Notes: generated by a model not told the origin, from the letters alone. DNA of 64,000 nucleotides from Prevotella sp. (GCA_017548385.1 JAFZAE010000144.1:6300-70299), one strand, 5' to 3'. Shown: positions 1 to 10,628, numbered from the stretch's first letter. Translations and numbers: made by a program.

Positions 1-2
1 TG

Positions 3-344
3 GTGCAGTTTTCACTCCCAGCTATGTTAGAATTAACCGACAAAGGTATTATTACAATAGAGCGGATGGTGCAGTTGATGTGTCACAACCCAGCAATCCG
101 ATTCGGTGTCAGACAGAGAGGATTTCTCAGAAAAGGTTACAAGGCCGACATTGTGGTGGTAAAACCTCATACGCCATGGAGGGTTACCTCCGAAATCATA
201 CAAAGTAAATGTGCATGGAGCCCCGTGATGAATCATGAGTATCAATGGCATGTAGAACATACTTTCTGCAATGGAACACATCTGCTGAACCATGGAAAGT
301 TTGACGAGGAATACCGGGGAGAGCCAATCTTTTTCAGCAGATAA
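3..344 (+). CDS. pyrC: Dihydroorotase, C-terminal part (truncated by window edge)
   Basis: NPA..F...RGFLRKGYKADIVVV and SKCAWSP motifs of long-type dihydroorotases; ORF open at the left edge. Confidence 0.85.
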   Translation: MQFSLPAMLELTDKGIITIERMVQLMCHNPAIRFGVRQRGFLRKGYKADIVVVKPHTPWRVTSEIIQSKCAWSPVMNHEYQWHVEHTFCNGTHLLNHGKFDEEYRGEPIFFSR

Positions 345-362
345 GGTGATGCTCCAAAATGG

Positions 363-1193
363 ATGATAGTATTGAAGAAAATGCGAAAACAGTTCCAGTA
401 TTCTATTCAAGAAGTGGAGCCATTTATCAGTTGGGCGTATTTCTATCACGCATGGCAGATGAGTGGAAAGTCGGAGAAAGACCGTGCCGACCTAAGAAAG
501 GATGCTGAACAAACACTTCGACAACTTAGAGGACAATATACGACAAAAGCGGTTTTCGGACTATATGATGCTTACGCTGATGGTGATGATATCATCGTAG
601 AAGGCGTTCGCTTGCCCATGCTTCGACAGCAACGACCTACCACCCCGGGTTCTCCATGTTTATGTTTGGCAGATTTCATCATGCCTGAAACAGCATCCAA
701 GAAAGATACCATAGGTGTCTTTGCCGCTACGGTGGAAATGCGAATGGAAACAGAACATCATGCAGACCCTTACCAGCGGATGATGGTGCAAACACTGGCA
801 GATCGACTGGCAGAGGCTACTACCGAGAAGATGCACCAGGAAGTAAGGACAAAATACTGGGGATATGCGCCATATGAACAACTGTCTATGGAAGAACTCC
901 TCAGAGGTGCCTTTCTGGGAATTCGGCCTGCAGTTGGCTATCCCTCTATGCCAGATGCGAGCATCAACTTTTTGATACAGCAAATCGTCGACATGGGAAG
1001 TATTGGCATACACCTCACTGAAAATGGTGCCATGCGTCCACATGCGTCTGTCTCTGGGTTGATGATTGCACACCCCAAGGCACGGTATTTCGATGTGGGA
1101 CCCGTGGGAGATGACCAACTTGCCGACTATGCTACTCGCCGTGGTATCCCCCTGGAACTTGCCCGTCGATTCCTTGCCTCTAACCTCATATAA
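363..1193 (+). CDS. Stand-alone cobalamin-dependent methionine synthase reactivation (AdoMet-binding) domain protein
   Basis: LRQQ, LADF, LADRLAEA, GIRPAVGYPS, LTENGAMRPHASVSG and ARYF motifs match the MetH C-terminal domain; other MetH domains absent; alternative ATG at 381. Confidence 0.85.
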   Translation: MIVLKKMRKQFQYSIQEVEPFISWAYFYHAWQMSGKSEKDRADLRKDAEQTLRQLRGQYTTKAVFGLYDAYADGDDIIVEGVRLPMLRQQRPTTPGSPCLCLADFIMPETASKKDTIGVFAATVEMRMETEHHADPYQRMMVQTLADRLAEATTEKMHQEVRTKYWGYAPYEQLSMEELLRGAFLGIRPAVGYPSMPDASINFLIQQIVDMGSIGIHLTENGAMRPHASVSGLMIAHPKARYFDVGPVGDDQLADYATRRGIPLELARRFLASNLI

Positions 1194-1242
1194 ATTCCAC
1201 GTATCCTAGCAAATCTCCATAAATCCAAACAATACCCACACT

Positions 1243-2412
1243 ATGATAGCCAACAATATCATCTTCTTCATGCTGCTGATTTTGATACCTGACATCTACC
1301 TATACAAACGGTATGTCGGAGCAAATAGACCGCTATGGGTCAAGATTCTTTGGTGGCTCATTACAATAGTCATGCTTTCTTTCACCATGATGCTATACAT
1401 GGTGCGCGATTTTGTACCCCGTCCACAGACATCACTGAATATATACCTTTTCCTTCTTGGTGCTTTTATCATCCCCAAGGTATTACTTTCACTTTGCACT
1501 TTTATTGGTGATAGATTAAGTCGGCGTAAACACTCTCGGCGGAAATGGGGTACATGGGTGGGCTCTGTACTAGGTTTGGGCGCTGTCTATTGCACTATCA
1601 ATGGTTTCACTCTCGGTTTTCATCAGTTCGAGGTCAACCGTTTTGACTATCGTTCTGACCAACTGCCAAAGGCTTTTGACGGTTATCGCATAGCAGTCTT
1701 TTCTGATATACATGTGGGCAGTTATACTGGGTATAGCAGGAGTGTGCTTGAGGAGGCTATCGATAGCATCAATGCCATGAACCCCGACTTGATCGTTTTT
1801 CTGGGAGATATACAGAACACACAACCTTCTGAGCTCTATGAATTCTCCACACTACTCTCATCGCTCAAAGCCAAGGATGGCGTGATGACAATCATGGGAA
1901 ATCACGACTATGCCCGATATGTAAAGGCGGATTCTGCCCAAAAGGTCGCCAATATTTATGAGACGGAAAGAATACAACGGAGCTTTGGATGGAGATTGTT
2001 GCTTGATGAGCATGTCACTCTGCACCGAGGAAATGACTCTATCTTTGTAGCGGGCATGGAAGGCAACGATGAAATCAATGCCTATTTCGGTGTGGGTGAT
2101 GCCAAACGCAGTGTGGAAGGTATTCCTGACAGGGCATTCACTATTATGCTGGTTCATAATCCGAATTTTTGGAGAGAAAAAGTGTTGCCAGAGACAAAGG
2201 CACAACTCACCATGAGCGGACATACACATGGTGGACAAATAGAACTCTTTGGACTCAGACCGACTCAACTTAATTATAGAGAGGATATCGGTATGTATGA
2301 GGAAGATGGAAGAAGCCTGTTTGTCACAAAGGGACTTGGAGGAGTGGTTCCCATGCGATTCGGTGTGCCTGGTGAAGTTGTACTTATGACATTACACAGC
2401 GAAAAGCATTAA
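1243..2412 (+). CDS. Membrane-anchored calcineurin-like metallophosphoesterase (YkuE/YaeI-like)
   Basis: N-terminal TM helices, then DIH, GD, GNHD, HNP and SGHTHGGQ motifs. Confidence 0.85.
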   Translation: MIANNIIFFMLLILIPDIYLYKRYVGANRPLWVKILWWLITIVMLSFTMMLYMVRDFVPRPQTSLNIYLFLLGAFIIPKVLLSLCTFIGDRLSRRKHSRRKWGTWVGSVLGLGAVYCTINGFTLGFHQFEVNRFDYRSDQLPKAFDGYRIAVFSDIHVGSYTGYSRSVLEEAIDSINAMNPDLIVFLGDIQNTQPSELYEFSTLLSSLKAKDGVMTIMGNHDYARYVKADSAQKVANIYETERIQRSFGWRLLLDEHVTLHRGNDSIFVAGMEGNDEINAYFGVGDAKRSVEGIPDRAFTIMLVHNPNFWREKVLPETKAQLTMSGHTHGGQIELFGLRPTQLNYREDIGMYEEDGRSLFVTKGLGGVVPMRFGVPGEVVLMTLHSEKH

Positions 2413-2443
2413 TCGTTGAATAAACCTAAACATCTTTTATAAT

Positions 2444-3202
2444 ATGAAATACCTCTATCGCATTTATCAACTGTTTATCGCCGTGCCTATTATGGTGGTA
2501 TGGACCATTATCATCGCACTGATAGTTATCATCGGATGTACAATTGGTAGTGGACATTTCTGGGGATATCATCCCGGCAAATGGTGGGCATGGTTCACTC
2601 TGAAACTCTTCCTCTTGCCAGTGAAAGTGGAGGGAAGGGAAAAAGTGAAGAAAGGACAGTCGTATGTATTCGTTGCCAACCATCAGGGTGCGTTCGATAT
2701 CTTCCTCATTTATGGTCATCTACGCCGAAATTTCAAGTGGATGATGAAGTATCAGTTGTTGAAAATACCCTTTGTTGGACTGGCATGCAAGAAAGCCCAT
2801 CATATCATGATTGATAAACGTGGACCGCGTCGCATCAAAGAGTCCTATGACCAAGCTCGGAAGGTGTTGCAGGATGGTATCTCACTGATGGTGTTCCCAG
2901 AGGGGGCACGAACTATGACAGGGCACATGGCTCCATTCAAGCGTGGGGCTTACGCTTTGGCCGATGAGTTGCAGCTGCCTGTCGTGCCCATCACCATCAA
3001 CGGCTCGTTCCAAGTGATGCCTCGTATGCGTGACTGGCACTTTGTCAACTGGCACCCACTGAGCCTCACATTCCACGACCCCATCTATCCCAAGGGTAAG
3101 GGAGCAGAGAATATCACAGCTACGATAGATGAAAGTTTCACAGCTATCATGGATTCTCTTGAACCACAATTTCAGGGCATGGAGGAAAACCCCGACCAAT
3201 AA
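2444..3202 (+). CDS. plsC: 1-acyl-sn-glycerol-3-phosphate acyltransferase
   Basis: NHQGAFD (HxxxxD) and FPEGAR motifs, N-terminal hydrophobic helix. Confidence 0.85.
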   Translation: MKYLYRIYQLFIAVPIMVVWTIIIALIVIIGCTIGSGHFWGYHPGKWWAWFTLKLFLLPVKVEGREKVKKGQSYVFVANHQGAFDIFLIYGHLRRNFKWMMKYQLLKIPFVGLACKKAHHIMIDKRGPRRIKESYDQARKVLQDGISLMVFPEGARTMTGHMAPFKRGAYALADELQLPVVPITINGSFQVMPRMRDWHFVNWHPLSLTFHDPIYPKGKGAENITATIDESFTAIMDSLEPQFQGMEENPDQ

Positions 3203-3249
3203 TCTTACCGTATCTTACATCCCAGTTTTCACAACAAATAATTGTAGCA

Positions 3250-4011
3250 ATGACATTATCCGACTCTATCGTCATTATACCAACATATAATGAAAAGGAA
3301 AACATCGAGAAAATCATCCGGGCTGTCTTCGCCTTGGAGAAGAGTTTTCATATCTTGATTATCGATGACGGCAGCCCTGACGGAACGGCCGCTATCGTAC
3401 ACCGGCTTATCAAGGATGAATTTGAAGACCGACTCTTCATCATAGAGAGAGAGGGGAAACTCGGTCTGGGCACGGCTTATATCACAGGATTTAAATGGGC
3501 TTTGGAACATCAATACGACTATGTTTTCGAGATGGATGCCGATTTCAGCCATGACCCCAACGACCTGCCTCGGCTATATGCCGCCTGTCACGATGAAGGG
3601 TATGACTTGGCTATCGGTTCGAGATATGTCAGCGGTGTGAATGTGGTCAACTGGCCTATGGGAAGGGTTCTTATGAGTTATTTCGCATCTAAGTATGTGA
3701 GGCTTATCACTGGCTGCGGCATCAAGGACACTACGGCAGGATTCAAATGCTATAAACGGCGTGTGCTGCAGACCATTGAACTTGACAAGGTGAGATTCAA
3801 GGGATATGCCTTCCAGATAGAGATGAAATATACTGCCTACAAAATTGGCTTTCGCATCAAAGAGGTGCCTGTGATTTTTGTCAACCGACGTGAAGGAACT
3901 AGTAAAATGAGCGGAGGTATATTCTCTGAGGCTCTATTTGGTGTCATGAGACTGAGATGGGACGGATGGTTCCGACATTATCCACCTATGCCGAAGGAGA
4001 ACAAAGCATGA
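3250..4011 (+). CDS. Polyprenol-monophosphomannose synthase-like GT2 (DPM1 family)
   Basis: IIPTYNEKEN, DDGSPDGT, EMDADFSH, GSRY and R..G.SKM motifs. Confidence 0.88.
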   Translation: MTLSDSIVIIPTYNEKENIEKIIRAVFALEKSFHILIIDDGSPDGTAAIVHRLIKDEFEDRLFIIEREGKLGLGTAYITGFKWALEHQYDYVFEMDADFSHDPNDLPRLYAACHDEGYDLAIGSRYVSGVNVVNWPMGRVLMSYFASKYVRLITGCGIKDTTAGFKCYKRRVLQTIELDKVRFKGYAFQIEMKYTAYKIGFRIKEVPVIFVNRREGTSKMSGGIFSEALFGVMRLRWDGWFRHYPPMPKENKA

Positions 4012-7000
4012 CCATACAGCAACTCAGACAACTCTATGATGCTATACCTCAGGCAAAGGCTTTTGAGAAATTATTGGGCGACCAACAAGTAGGGAGCGTT
4101 TTCCTGAAAGGATTGGCAGCTTCCTCGGCACCTTTGTTTTTTGCATCGCTTGCTGAGCGCATAGACGATACCATCCTCTTCATTCTCAACGATAATGAGG
4201 ATGCTGGGTATTTCTATCATGACCTTACCCAGATGATGGGTACCGATGATGTGCTCTTCTTCCCATCATCCTACAAAAGGGCGGTGAAATATGCACAGCG
4301 GGATGCCGCCAACGACATCCTGCGTACGGAAGTGCTCACACGCCTCTCGGCTATCTCAGCAGGGAAGGCGCCAAGAGCGTATGTCGTCACATGTCCTGAG
4401 GCTCTCTGTCAATTGGTTGTCTCGCAGAAAGCACTCGACGAATGTACACTCTCCATACGAGTGGGGCAGACAATGGATGTGGCTGAGGTACGTAAGACGT
4501 TGCGCTCATTCGGATTCATAGAACAAGACTATGTCTATGAACCAGGACAATTTGCCATGCGCGGAAGTATCATTGATGTATATTCCTATAGTTGTGAGTT
4601 CCCCTTCCGTATTGACTTTTTTGGCGATGATGTTGATACAATTCGTACTTTCGATATTCAGAGTCAGTTGTCGAAGGAGATAAGAGACCATGTGGAAATC
4701 GTCCCGGAAATCAGTAGAACTCCAGAGAAAATGCCTTTTGGCACATTCCTGCCCAAAGGTACATTCGTGGCGGCACGTGATTATGTCTACGTGTGTGACA
4801 CCGTGGCACGTGTCTATGACGAAGGGTTTACCTCTCAGGCTGTCGCAGTGAGACTGGAAGGGGTCACAGAGCAGCAGCGTGATGAAATCATGAGGGAATT
4901 GCAACGTGAGAGCCAGCTGATCAGTCAGACGAAGTTTATAGATTCCATGGCTCCTTTCCGACGTATCGATTTCGGGAAGAAACCCACAGGGACACCATCT
5001 GGTACTATCAGTTTCAATATCTCATCACAGCCTCTTTTTCATAAGAATTTCTCGCTCCTCACCCAAACTATGCTTGACTATCGGCAGCGAGGTTATCGTA
5101 TCTTTGTGCTCTCCGACAGCGAGAAACAAATACAAAGACTAAGAGATATCATGGCGGGTGATGAAGAAGTGGAGATTGGCGGACCAGCGTCGGCAGCACC
5201 TCCCAAAGTGGAGTTCGAGGCTGTAGATAAGACACTGCACGAAGGATTTACCGACAACGACCGCAAACTATGCTTGTTTACAGACCACCAGATTTTTGAT
5301 CGATTCCATAAGTATAGTCTCAAGTCAGACACTGCCCGAGCTGGTAAAATGGCGCTCACGATGAAGGAACTTCAGGAGATGGAGCCAGGTGACTTTATCG
5401 TGCATGTCGACTTCGGCATTGGTCGTTTTCAGGGACTTGTGCGTATTGCAACGGGTGACAGCTATCAGGAGATGATACGCATCGTTTATCAGCGAGGCGA
5501 TACCGTGGATGTTTCCATCCATTCTCTCTACAAAATCTCAAAATATCGCAGGGCAGAAAGTGGCGAGCCACCACGCCTCAGCACTTTGGGTACAGGAGCA
5601 TGGGAGCGGATGAAAGAGCGTACCAAAAAGCGTATCAAAGACATTGCCCGCGATCTCATCCGACTATATGCCAAACGACGACATGAAAAAGGATTTGCTT
5701 TCAGTCCTGACAACTTCATGCAACATGAATTGGAGGCTGGGTTTATCTATGAGGACACCCCCGACCAACTTAAGGCTACCAACGAGGTGAAAGCCGACAT
5801 GGAGAGTGCACGACCCATGGACCGATTGGTGTGCGGTGACGTAGGATTCGGTAAGACCGAGGTGGCCATACGAGCAGCTTTCAAGGCAGTATGCGATTCG
5901 AAACAAGTGGCAGTGCTCGTGCCTACCACAGTGCTCGCTTTCCAGCACTATCAGACTTTCCGCGACCGCTTGCGAGACTTCCCCGCAAGAGTGGAATATC
6001 TCTCCAGGGCTCGCTCGGCAAAGCAGATAAAGGAGATCCTCACCAGTCTTAAAGAGGGTAGGGTGGACATCCTCATCGGTACACATAAAATCTTGGGAAA
6101 AGCGGTGGAATGGCATGATCTGGGACTGCTTATTATAGATGAGGAACAGAAATTCGGCGTTTCCACAAAAGAAAAACTACGCCGTCTTAAGACCAATGTC
6201 GATACCCTTACCATGTCGGCAACACCGATACCGCGCACACTCCAGTTCTCACTCATGGGAGCGCGTGACATGAGCATCATACGCACACCGCCACCCAATA
6301 GATATCCTGTCTATACAGAACTTGGAACTTATAACCATGAACTTATTGCCGACGCCATCAATTTCGAGATGAGCCGCAACGGACAGGTGTATTTTGTCAA
6401 CAGTCGTGTCAGCAACCTGACTGAGATAGCCAACCTCATTCATAAATATGTGCCCGACGCACGTGTGGCCATTGGCCATGGACAGATGAAACCTGAGGAA
6501 CTGGAGAAAATCATCATGGGGTTTATCAACCATGATTACGATGTACTGCTCTCAACCACTATCATCGAGAATGGCATCGATATACCCAACGCAAATACTA
6601 TTCTTATCAATGATGCACACCGATTCGGACTCTCCGACCTGCATCAGATGCGAGGACGTGTGGGACGCTCGAACCGTAAGGCGTTTTGCTATCTGCTCTC
6701 GCCACCCAAGTCACTCTTGCAGCCTGATGCCAGAAAGAGGCTGGAGGCTGTGGAGAATTTTGCAGAATTGGGAAGTGGCTTTAATTTGGCTATGCAAGAC
6801 CTTGATATTCGGGGTGCAGGTAATCTGCTTGGGGCGGAGCAGAGTGGTTTTATGGAAGATCTGGGTTATGAGACCTATCAGAAAATATTGAATCAAGCCG
6901 TTACAGAATTGCGTAACGAGGAGTTCAGTGACATGTTTGCTGAGGAAATTGCTCAGGGTAAAGAGGTACATGGCGATGCGTTTGTCGAGGACTGCTCACT

Positions 7001-7439
7001 TGAGAGCGACCTTGAGATGTATTTCCCTGACAACTATGTGCCAGGCAGCAGCGAAAGGATGCTTCTCTATCGTGAACTCGACAATATAGAGAATGATGCT
7101 GAATTGGAGGCATACAGAAAACGTTTAGAGGATCGCTTTGGGAAAATACCCCACGAAGGCGAGGAACTTATGCAGGTGGTACCCTTGCGACAATTGGGTA
7201 AGAGGCTCGGTTGTGAACGTATTTTCCTCAAACAGGGAATGATGAAAATGCAGTTCGTGAGCAACACGGCAAGTCCGTTCTACCGTAGCAGCACTTTTTC
7301 AAAAGTGTTCAACTATGCCACGTCGCATCCTTCAAAGTGCAGGTTGCGCGAAGTGGGTGAAAGAAACTTGATGCAATTGAGTGATGTCAGGTCGGTGGGT
7401 GAAGCGGTTGCCATATTGAGAGATATAATTCATATGTAG
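4008..7439 (+). CDS. mfd: Transcription-repair coupling factor
   Basis: GDVGFGKTEVA, DEEQKFG, SATPIPRTL, QMRGRVGRS and DLDIRGAGNLLG motifs plus TRCF C-domain; ATG 4008 overlaps the upstream stop (ATGA). Confidence 0.97.
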   Translation: MTIQQLRQLYDAIPQAKAFEKLLGDQQVGSVFLKGLAASSAPLFFASLAERIDDTILFILNDNEDAGYFYHDLTQMMGTDDVLFFPSSYKRAVKYAQRDAANDILRTEVLTRLSAISAGKAPRAYVVTCPEALCQLVVSQKALDECTLSIRVGQTMDVAEVRKTLRSFGFIEQDYVYEPGQFAMRGSIIDVYSYSCEFPFRIDFFGDDVDTIRTFDIQSQLSKEIRDHVEIVPEISRTPEKMPFGTFLPKGTFVAARDYVYVCDTVARVYDEGFTSQAVAVRLEGVTEQQRDEIMRELQRESQLISQTKFIDSMAPFRRIDFGKKPTGTPSGTISFNISSQPLFHKNFSLLTQTMLDYRQRGYRIFVLSDSEKQIQRLRDIMAGDEEVEIGGPASAAPPKVEFEAVDKTLHEGFTDNDRKLCLFTDHQIFDRFHKYSLKSDTARAGKMALTMKELQEMEPGDFIVHVDFGIGRFQGLVRIATGDSYQEMIRIVYQRGDTVDVSIHSLYKISKYRRAESGEPPRLSTLGTGAWERMKERTKKRIKDIARDLIRLYAKRRHEKGFAFSPDNFMQHELEAGFIYEDTPDQLKATNEVKADMESARPMDRLVCGDVGFGKTEVAIRAAFKAVCDSKQVAVLVPTTVLAFQHYQTFRDRLRDFPARVEYLSRARSAKQIKEILTSLKEGRVDILIGTHKILGKAVEWHDLGLLIIDEEQKFGVSTKEKLRRLKTNVDTLTMSATPIPRTLQFSLMGARDMSIIRTPPPNRYPVYTELGTYNHELIADAINFEMSRNGQVYFVNSRVSNLTEIANLIHKYVPDARVAIGHGQMKPEELEKIIMGFINHDYDVLLSTTIIENGIDIPNANTILINDAHRFGLSDLHQMRGRVGRSNRKAFCYLLSPPKSLLQPDARKRLEAVENFAELGSGFNLAMQDLDIRGAGNLLGAEQSGFMEDLGYETYQKILNQAVTELRNEEFSDMFAEEIAQGKEVHGDAFVEDCSLESDLEMYFPDNYVPGSSERMLLYRELDNIENDAELEAYRKRLEDRFGKIPHEGEELMQVVPLRQLGKRLGCERIFLKQGMMKMQFVSNTASPFYRSSTFSKVFNYATSHPSKCRLREVGERNLMQLSDVRSVGEAVAILRDIIHM

Positions 7440-7450
7440 TCGTATAGCGT

Positions 7451-8890
7451 ATGATTATTCTGGCTACCATAATCGGCTATTTCGTTATATTGCTGCTCTT
7501 CAGCAGACTTACGGCACATCGAACCGACAACGATACATTTTTCCGTGGTAATCGTCGTTCACCATGGTATATGGTAGCTTTCGGTATGGTGGGGGCATCC
7601 ATCTCGGGGGTGACATTTGTCAGTGTTCCAGGAATGGTCACTGTTTCGGCAATGACGTATTTGCAGACGTGTCTGGGTTTTATCCTTGGCTATTTTGCCG
7701 TGGCGTTCCTGCTGCTGCCGATTTATTACAAATACAATCTCACCACTATCTATTCCTATCTCAACCAACGACTTGGACAACGGTCGTATAAAACAGGGGC
7801 AGCTTTTTTCCTCCTTTCCAAAATGACGGGGGCGGCTGCACGATTTTATGTGGTGTGTATCATCCTTCAACGTTTTGTCCTCGACCGATATCACGTGCCT
7901 TTCATTGTCACGGTGCTGTTGATGGTGGCTCTGATATGGCTCTATACACGGCGTGGGGGAATCAAAACGCTGGTATGGACCGACTCTTTCCAAACCATCT
8001 GTATGTTTACCGCGCTTATTCTTATTATTATTAATGTGATAGGGCAATTGGGAATGAGTGTAGGAGAAGCCGTGGATGCTATTGCTGCAGATAGCCGAAG
8101 TCAGATTTTTGTATTCAATGACCCAATGTCGCGACAGTATTTTTGGAAACAGTTTCTTAGTGGTGTTTTTATCGTCATTGTCATGACAGGCCTCGACCAA
8201 GATATGATGCAAAAAAACCTTACTTGTAAGTCATTGCGTGAGGCACAGAAGGACGTGTGTACTTATGGTGTGGCTTTCGTTCCGGCAAACTTGTTGTTTA
8301 TGGCATTGGGAGTGCTCTTATGTCTGTTGGCGACAAGGGAGGGAAGACCGTTGCCGGCGGCAGGCGATGAATTGCTACCCATGTTTGCTGCCACGGGGCA
8401 TTTGGGCAACCTTGTGATGGTGCTCTTCACAATCGGCATCGTTGCTGCTTCGTTCTCAAGTGCCGACTCTGCCCTCACAGCCCTCACCACCAGTTTTTGT
8501 GTGGATATCGCCGAGCGTCAGCAAGATGAACAGTTGCGCAAACGGGTGCATATTGGTATGGCAATGGTTTTTGTGCTGGTCATCTTGATATTTAGGGTCA
8601 TCGATTCTCCCAGTGTCATCGATGCAATCTATGTCATGTGCTCCTATACATACGGCCCACTGCTCGGTCTTTTTGCATATAGTCTGTTAACCCGCAGGGG
8701 AGTGTGTGACAAAGCAGTTCCCTATATCGCAATTGTATCTCCCCTCTTGTGTTTTTCAGCCGACATCCTCACAAAAAGCCTAACAGATTATCGTTTTGGC
8801 TACGAACTCCTTATGGTCAATGGACTTCTCACATTCCTTGGCCTTTGGCTCTCAGATATTCACTCATTTAGAAAGTGTAACCCGACATAA
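7451..8890 (+). CDS. Sodium:solute symporter family transporter
   Basis: Many TM helices; FFRGNR, SISGVTFVSVPG, GGIKTLVWTD and GLDQDMMQK motifs. Confidence 0.9.
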   Translation: MIILATIIGYFVILLLFSRLTAHRTDNDTFFRGNRRSPWYMVAFGMVGASISGVTFVSVPGMVTVSAMTYLQTCLGFILGYFAVAFLLLPIYYKYNLTTIYSYLNQRLGQRSYKTGAAFFLLSKMTGAAARFYVVCIILQRFVLDRYHVPFIVTVLLMVALIWLYTRRGGIKTLVWTDSFQTICMFTALILIIINVIGQLGMSVGEAVDAIAADSRSQIFVFNDPMSRQYFWKQFLSGVFIVIVMTGLDQDMMQKNLTCKSLREAQKDVCTYGVAFVPANLLFMALGVLLCLLATREGRPLPAAGDELLPMFAATGHLGNLVMVLFTIGIVAASFSSADSALTALTTSFCVDIAERQQDEQLRKRVHIGMAMVFVLVILIFRVIDSPSVIDAIYVMCSYTYGPLLGLFAYSLLTRRGVCDKAVPYIAIVSPLLCFSADILTKSLTDYRFGYELLMVNGLLTFLGLWLSDIHSFRKCNPT

Positions 8891-8915
8891 CAACCTTAAT
8901 CCTATTGTATCAATT

Positions 8916-10520
8916 ATGGCTACTACCCAACAACTTTCAAAAGGGGCTATTGTCAAAAGCCCTCATCATCAGTATCGCATCCTCTCTGTTTTAGGACAAG
9001 GGGGATTTGGTATAACATACTTGGCTGAGACAACAACAAAAGTTGTTTCAGCCTTGCAAGGTGAACTTGGACAGGTGCACCAGACCCATGAGGCAACCAT
9101 CAAAGTGGCACTCAAGGAGTTTTTTATGCGTGAAGTGAACGGACGTGAAGGAACAATGGTCACTTCAAGTCAGAAAGAGGGCTGCTTTCAAAAATACCTT
9201 GAGAAATTCAAGGCAGAGGCGCATAATCTTTCACGTTTACAGCATCCCAATATAATCTCTGTGTTGGAATTGTTTTCGGATAATAACACGATGTACTATG
9301 CAATGGAATTCGTAGAAGGCGTGTCATTACAGCAAAAACTGGCACAGGAGGGACCTCTTTCGGAAAGACAGACAATGACGATGGCAAAACAAATAGGGGA
9401 TGCCTTGGCCTTCATGCATAGTTATCGGATGCTACATCTTGACTTGAAACCCGGTAATATTATGGTACGTCATGATGGCACGCCACTACTTATAGATTTT
9501 GGCCTCTCCAAACAATACGACGAGGATGGGGCACCGGAATCTTCTACCACTATTGGGGCAGGTACAAAGGGATATGCCCCAGTGGAACAGGTTGATTACC
9601 ATGGAGGTATGGGATTCCCTGTCACACTTGATGTATATGCCTTTGGTGCCACTCTCTATAAAATGTTGACGGGAATAACTCCACCTGCGGCCAGTGAGGT
9701 GATGAACGATGGCTTACCTATGTTGCCACTTCAGCAGCATGGTGTGTCGACACATACAATACAGGTGATACAGAAGGCTATGATGCCCATCAAGGCTATG
9801 AGATACCAGTCTGTGGGGGAAATGATGGCCGACTTATCAGGTGTTTATATGCAAAACGAAAATACAGTCATTGAACAGCCCTCGTTGACACCTCCTTCAC
9901 CAGTGAATAGTTTTGCCAAGAATGATGGTTATGTGGATGATGAACCTCAGACATCTAAATCGAAGACCTTAAAGATATTACTTGCAGTACTGATTCCCTT
10001 ATTGCTCGTAGGCGCCATTTTTATTGCGTATCTTTTGTTTTCAGGCAATGATGATCGACGGGTCGCAAAGACAGATGATAGTGAGTATTATCAAGATGAC
10101 GAGGAACATAGTGTTGTGAATGCAAAACAAAGAAACCACGAAGACGAAGATGTCAACAATCGTGTAACGTCAGTGAACTCTGCTGAACAAAGTCTATTTG
10201 ATGATTACGTTGAAAGTCCAGCAGAAGGTGCCTATTTTATTGGTACAATAGGGGAAGACCATTACGCAACTTTGGCAATGCCTTTAGATGGCAGTAGTGG
10301 AGGTTATACCTTTGTGCATTTCAATAGGGAAGTGACTTTTGACTCCTACAATCCCCACAACCATTCATTAGTACTTAGAGCATATGATTCTTCAGGCGTT
10401 TTCATAGGCCGTTTTGTTGGCACCTTGGAGAATATAAATGCATGCCTACGCTATAAGGGCGTTTTTACCAATACCTCGGGGGGACAAGTCAAATTCAATC
10501 TGCGACAAGATTGTGATTGA
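8916..10520 (+). CDS. Hanks-type Ser/Thr protein kinase with one TM helix and an extracytoplasmic C-terminal domain
   Basis: LGQGGFGITY, VALKE, HLDLKPGN, DFG, GTKGYAPVEQ and DVYAFG motifs; TM segment ILLAVLIPLLLVGAIFIAYLLF; start taken at ATG 8916, after the symporter stop. Confidence 0.92.
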   Translation: MATTQQLSKGAIVKSPHHQYRILSVLGQGGFGITYLAETTTKVVSALQGELGQVHQTHEATIKVALKEFFMREVNGREGTMVTSSQKEGCFQKYLEKFKAEAHNLSRLQHPNIISVLELFSDNNTMYYAMEFVEGVSLQQKLAQEGPLSERQTMTMAKQIGDALAFMHSYRMLHLDLKPGNIMVRHDGTPLLIDFGLSKQYDEDGAPESSTTIGAGTKGYAPVEQVDYHGGMGFPVTLDVYAFGATLYKMLTGITPPAASEVMNDGLPMLPLQQHGVSTHTIQVIQKAMMPIKAMRYQSVGEMMADLSGVYMQNENTVIEQPSLTPPSPVNSFAKNDGYVDDEPQTSKSKTLKILLAVLIPLLLVGAIFIAYLLFSGNDDRRVAKTDDSEYYQDDEEHSVVNAKQRNHEDEDVNNRVTSVNSAEQSLFDDYVESPAEGAYFIGTIGEDHYATLAMPLDGSSGGYTFVHFNREVTFDSYNPHNHSLVLRAYDSSGVFIGRFVGTLENINACLRYKGVFTNTSGGQVKFNLRQDCD

Positions 10521-10545
10521 TTCGCAACTTTTTGAGTTCAAAATA

Positions 10546-10594
10546 CAACACAGAGACACGGAGTTAAAGAGAAAAACTCCGTGTCTCTGTGTTG
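10546..10594. repeat. Perfect 20-bp inverted repeat (CACAGAGACAC family), likely a bidirectional terminator or REP-like element
   Basis: caacacagagacacggagtt-N9-aactccgtgtctctgtgttg between the convergent kinase and trxB genes. Confidence 0.85.
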
Positions 10595-10628
10595 AAAACT
10601 AAAGTCTAACATCTAACGCCTGACAACT

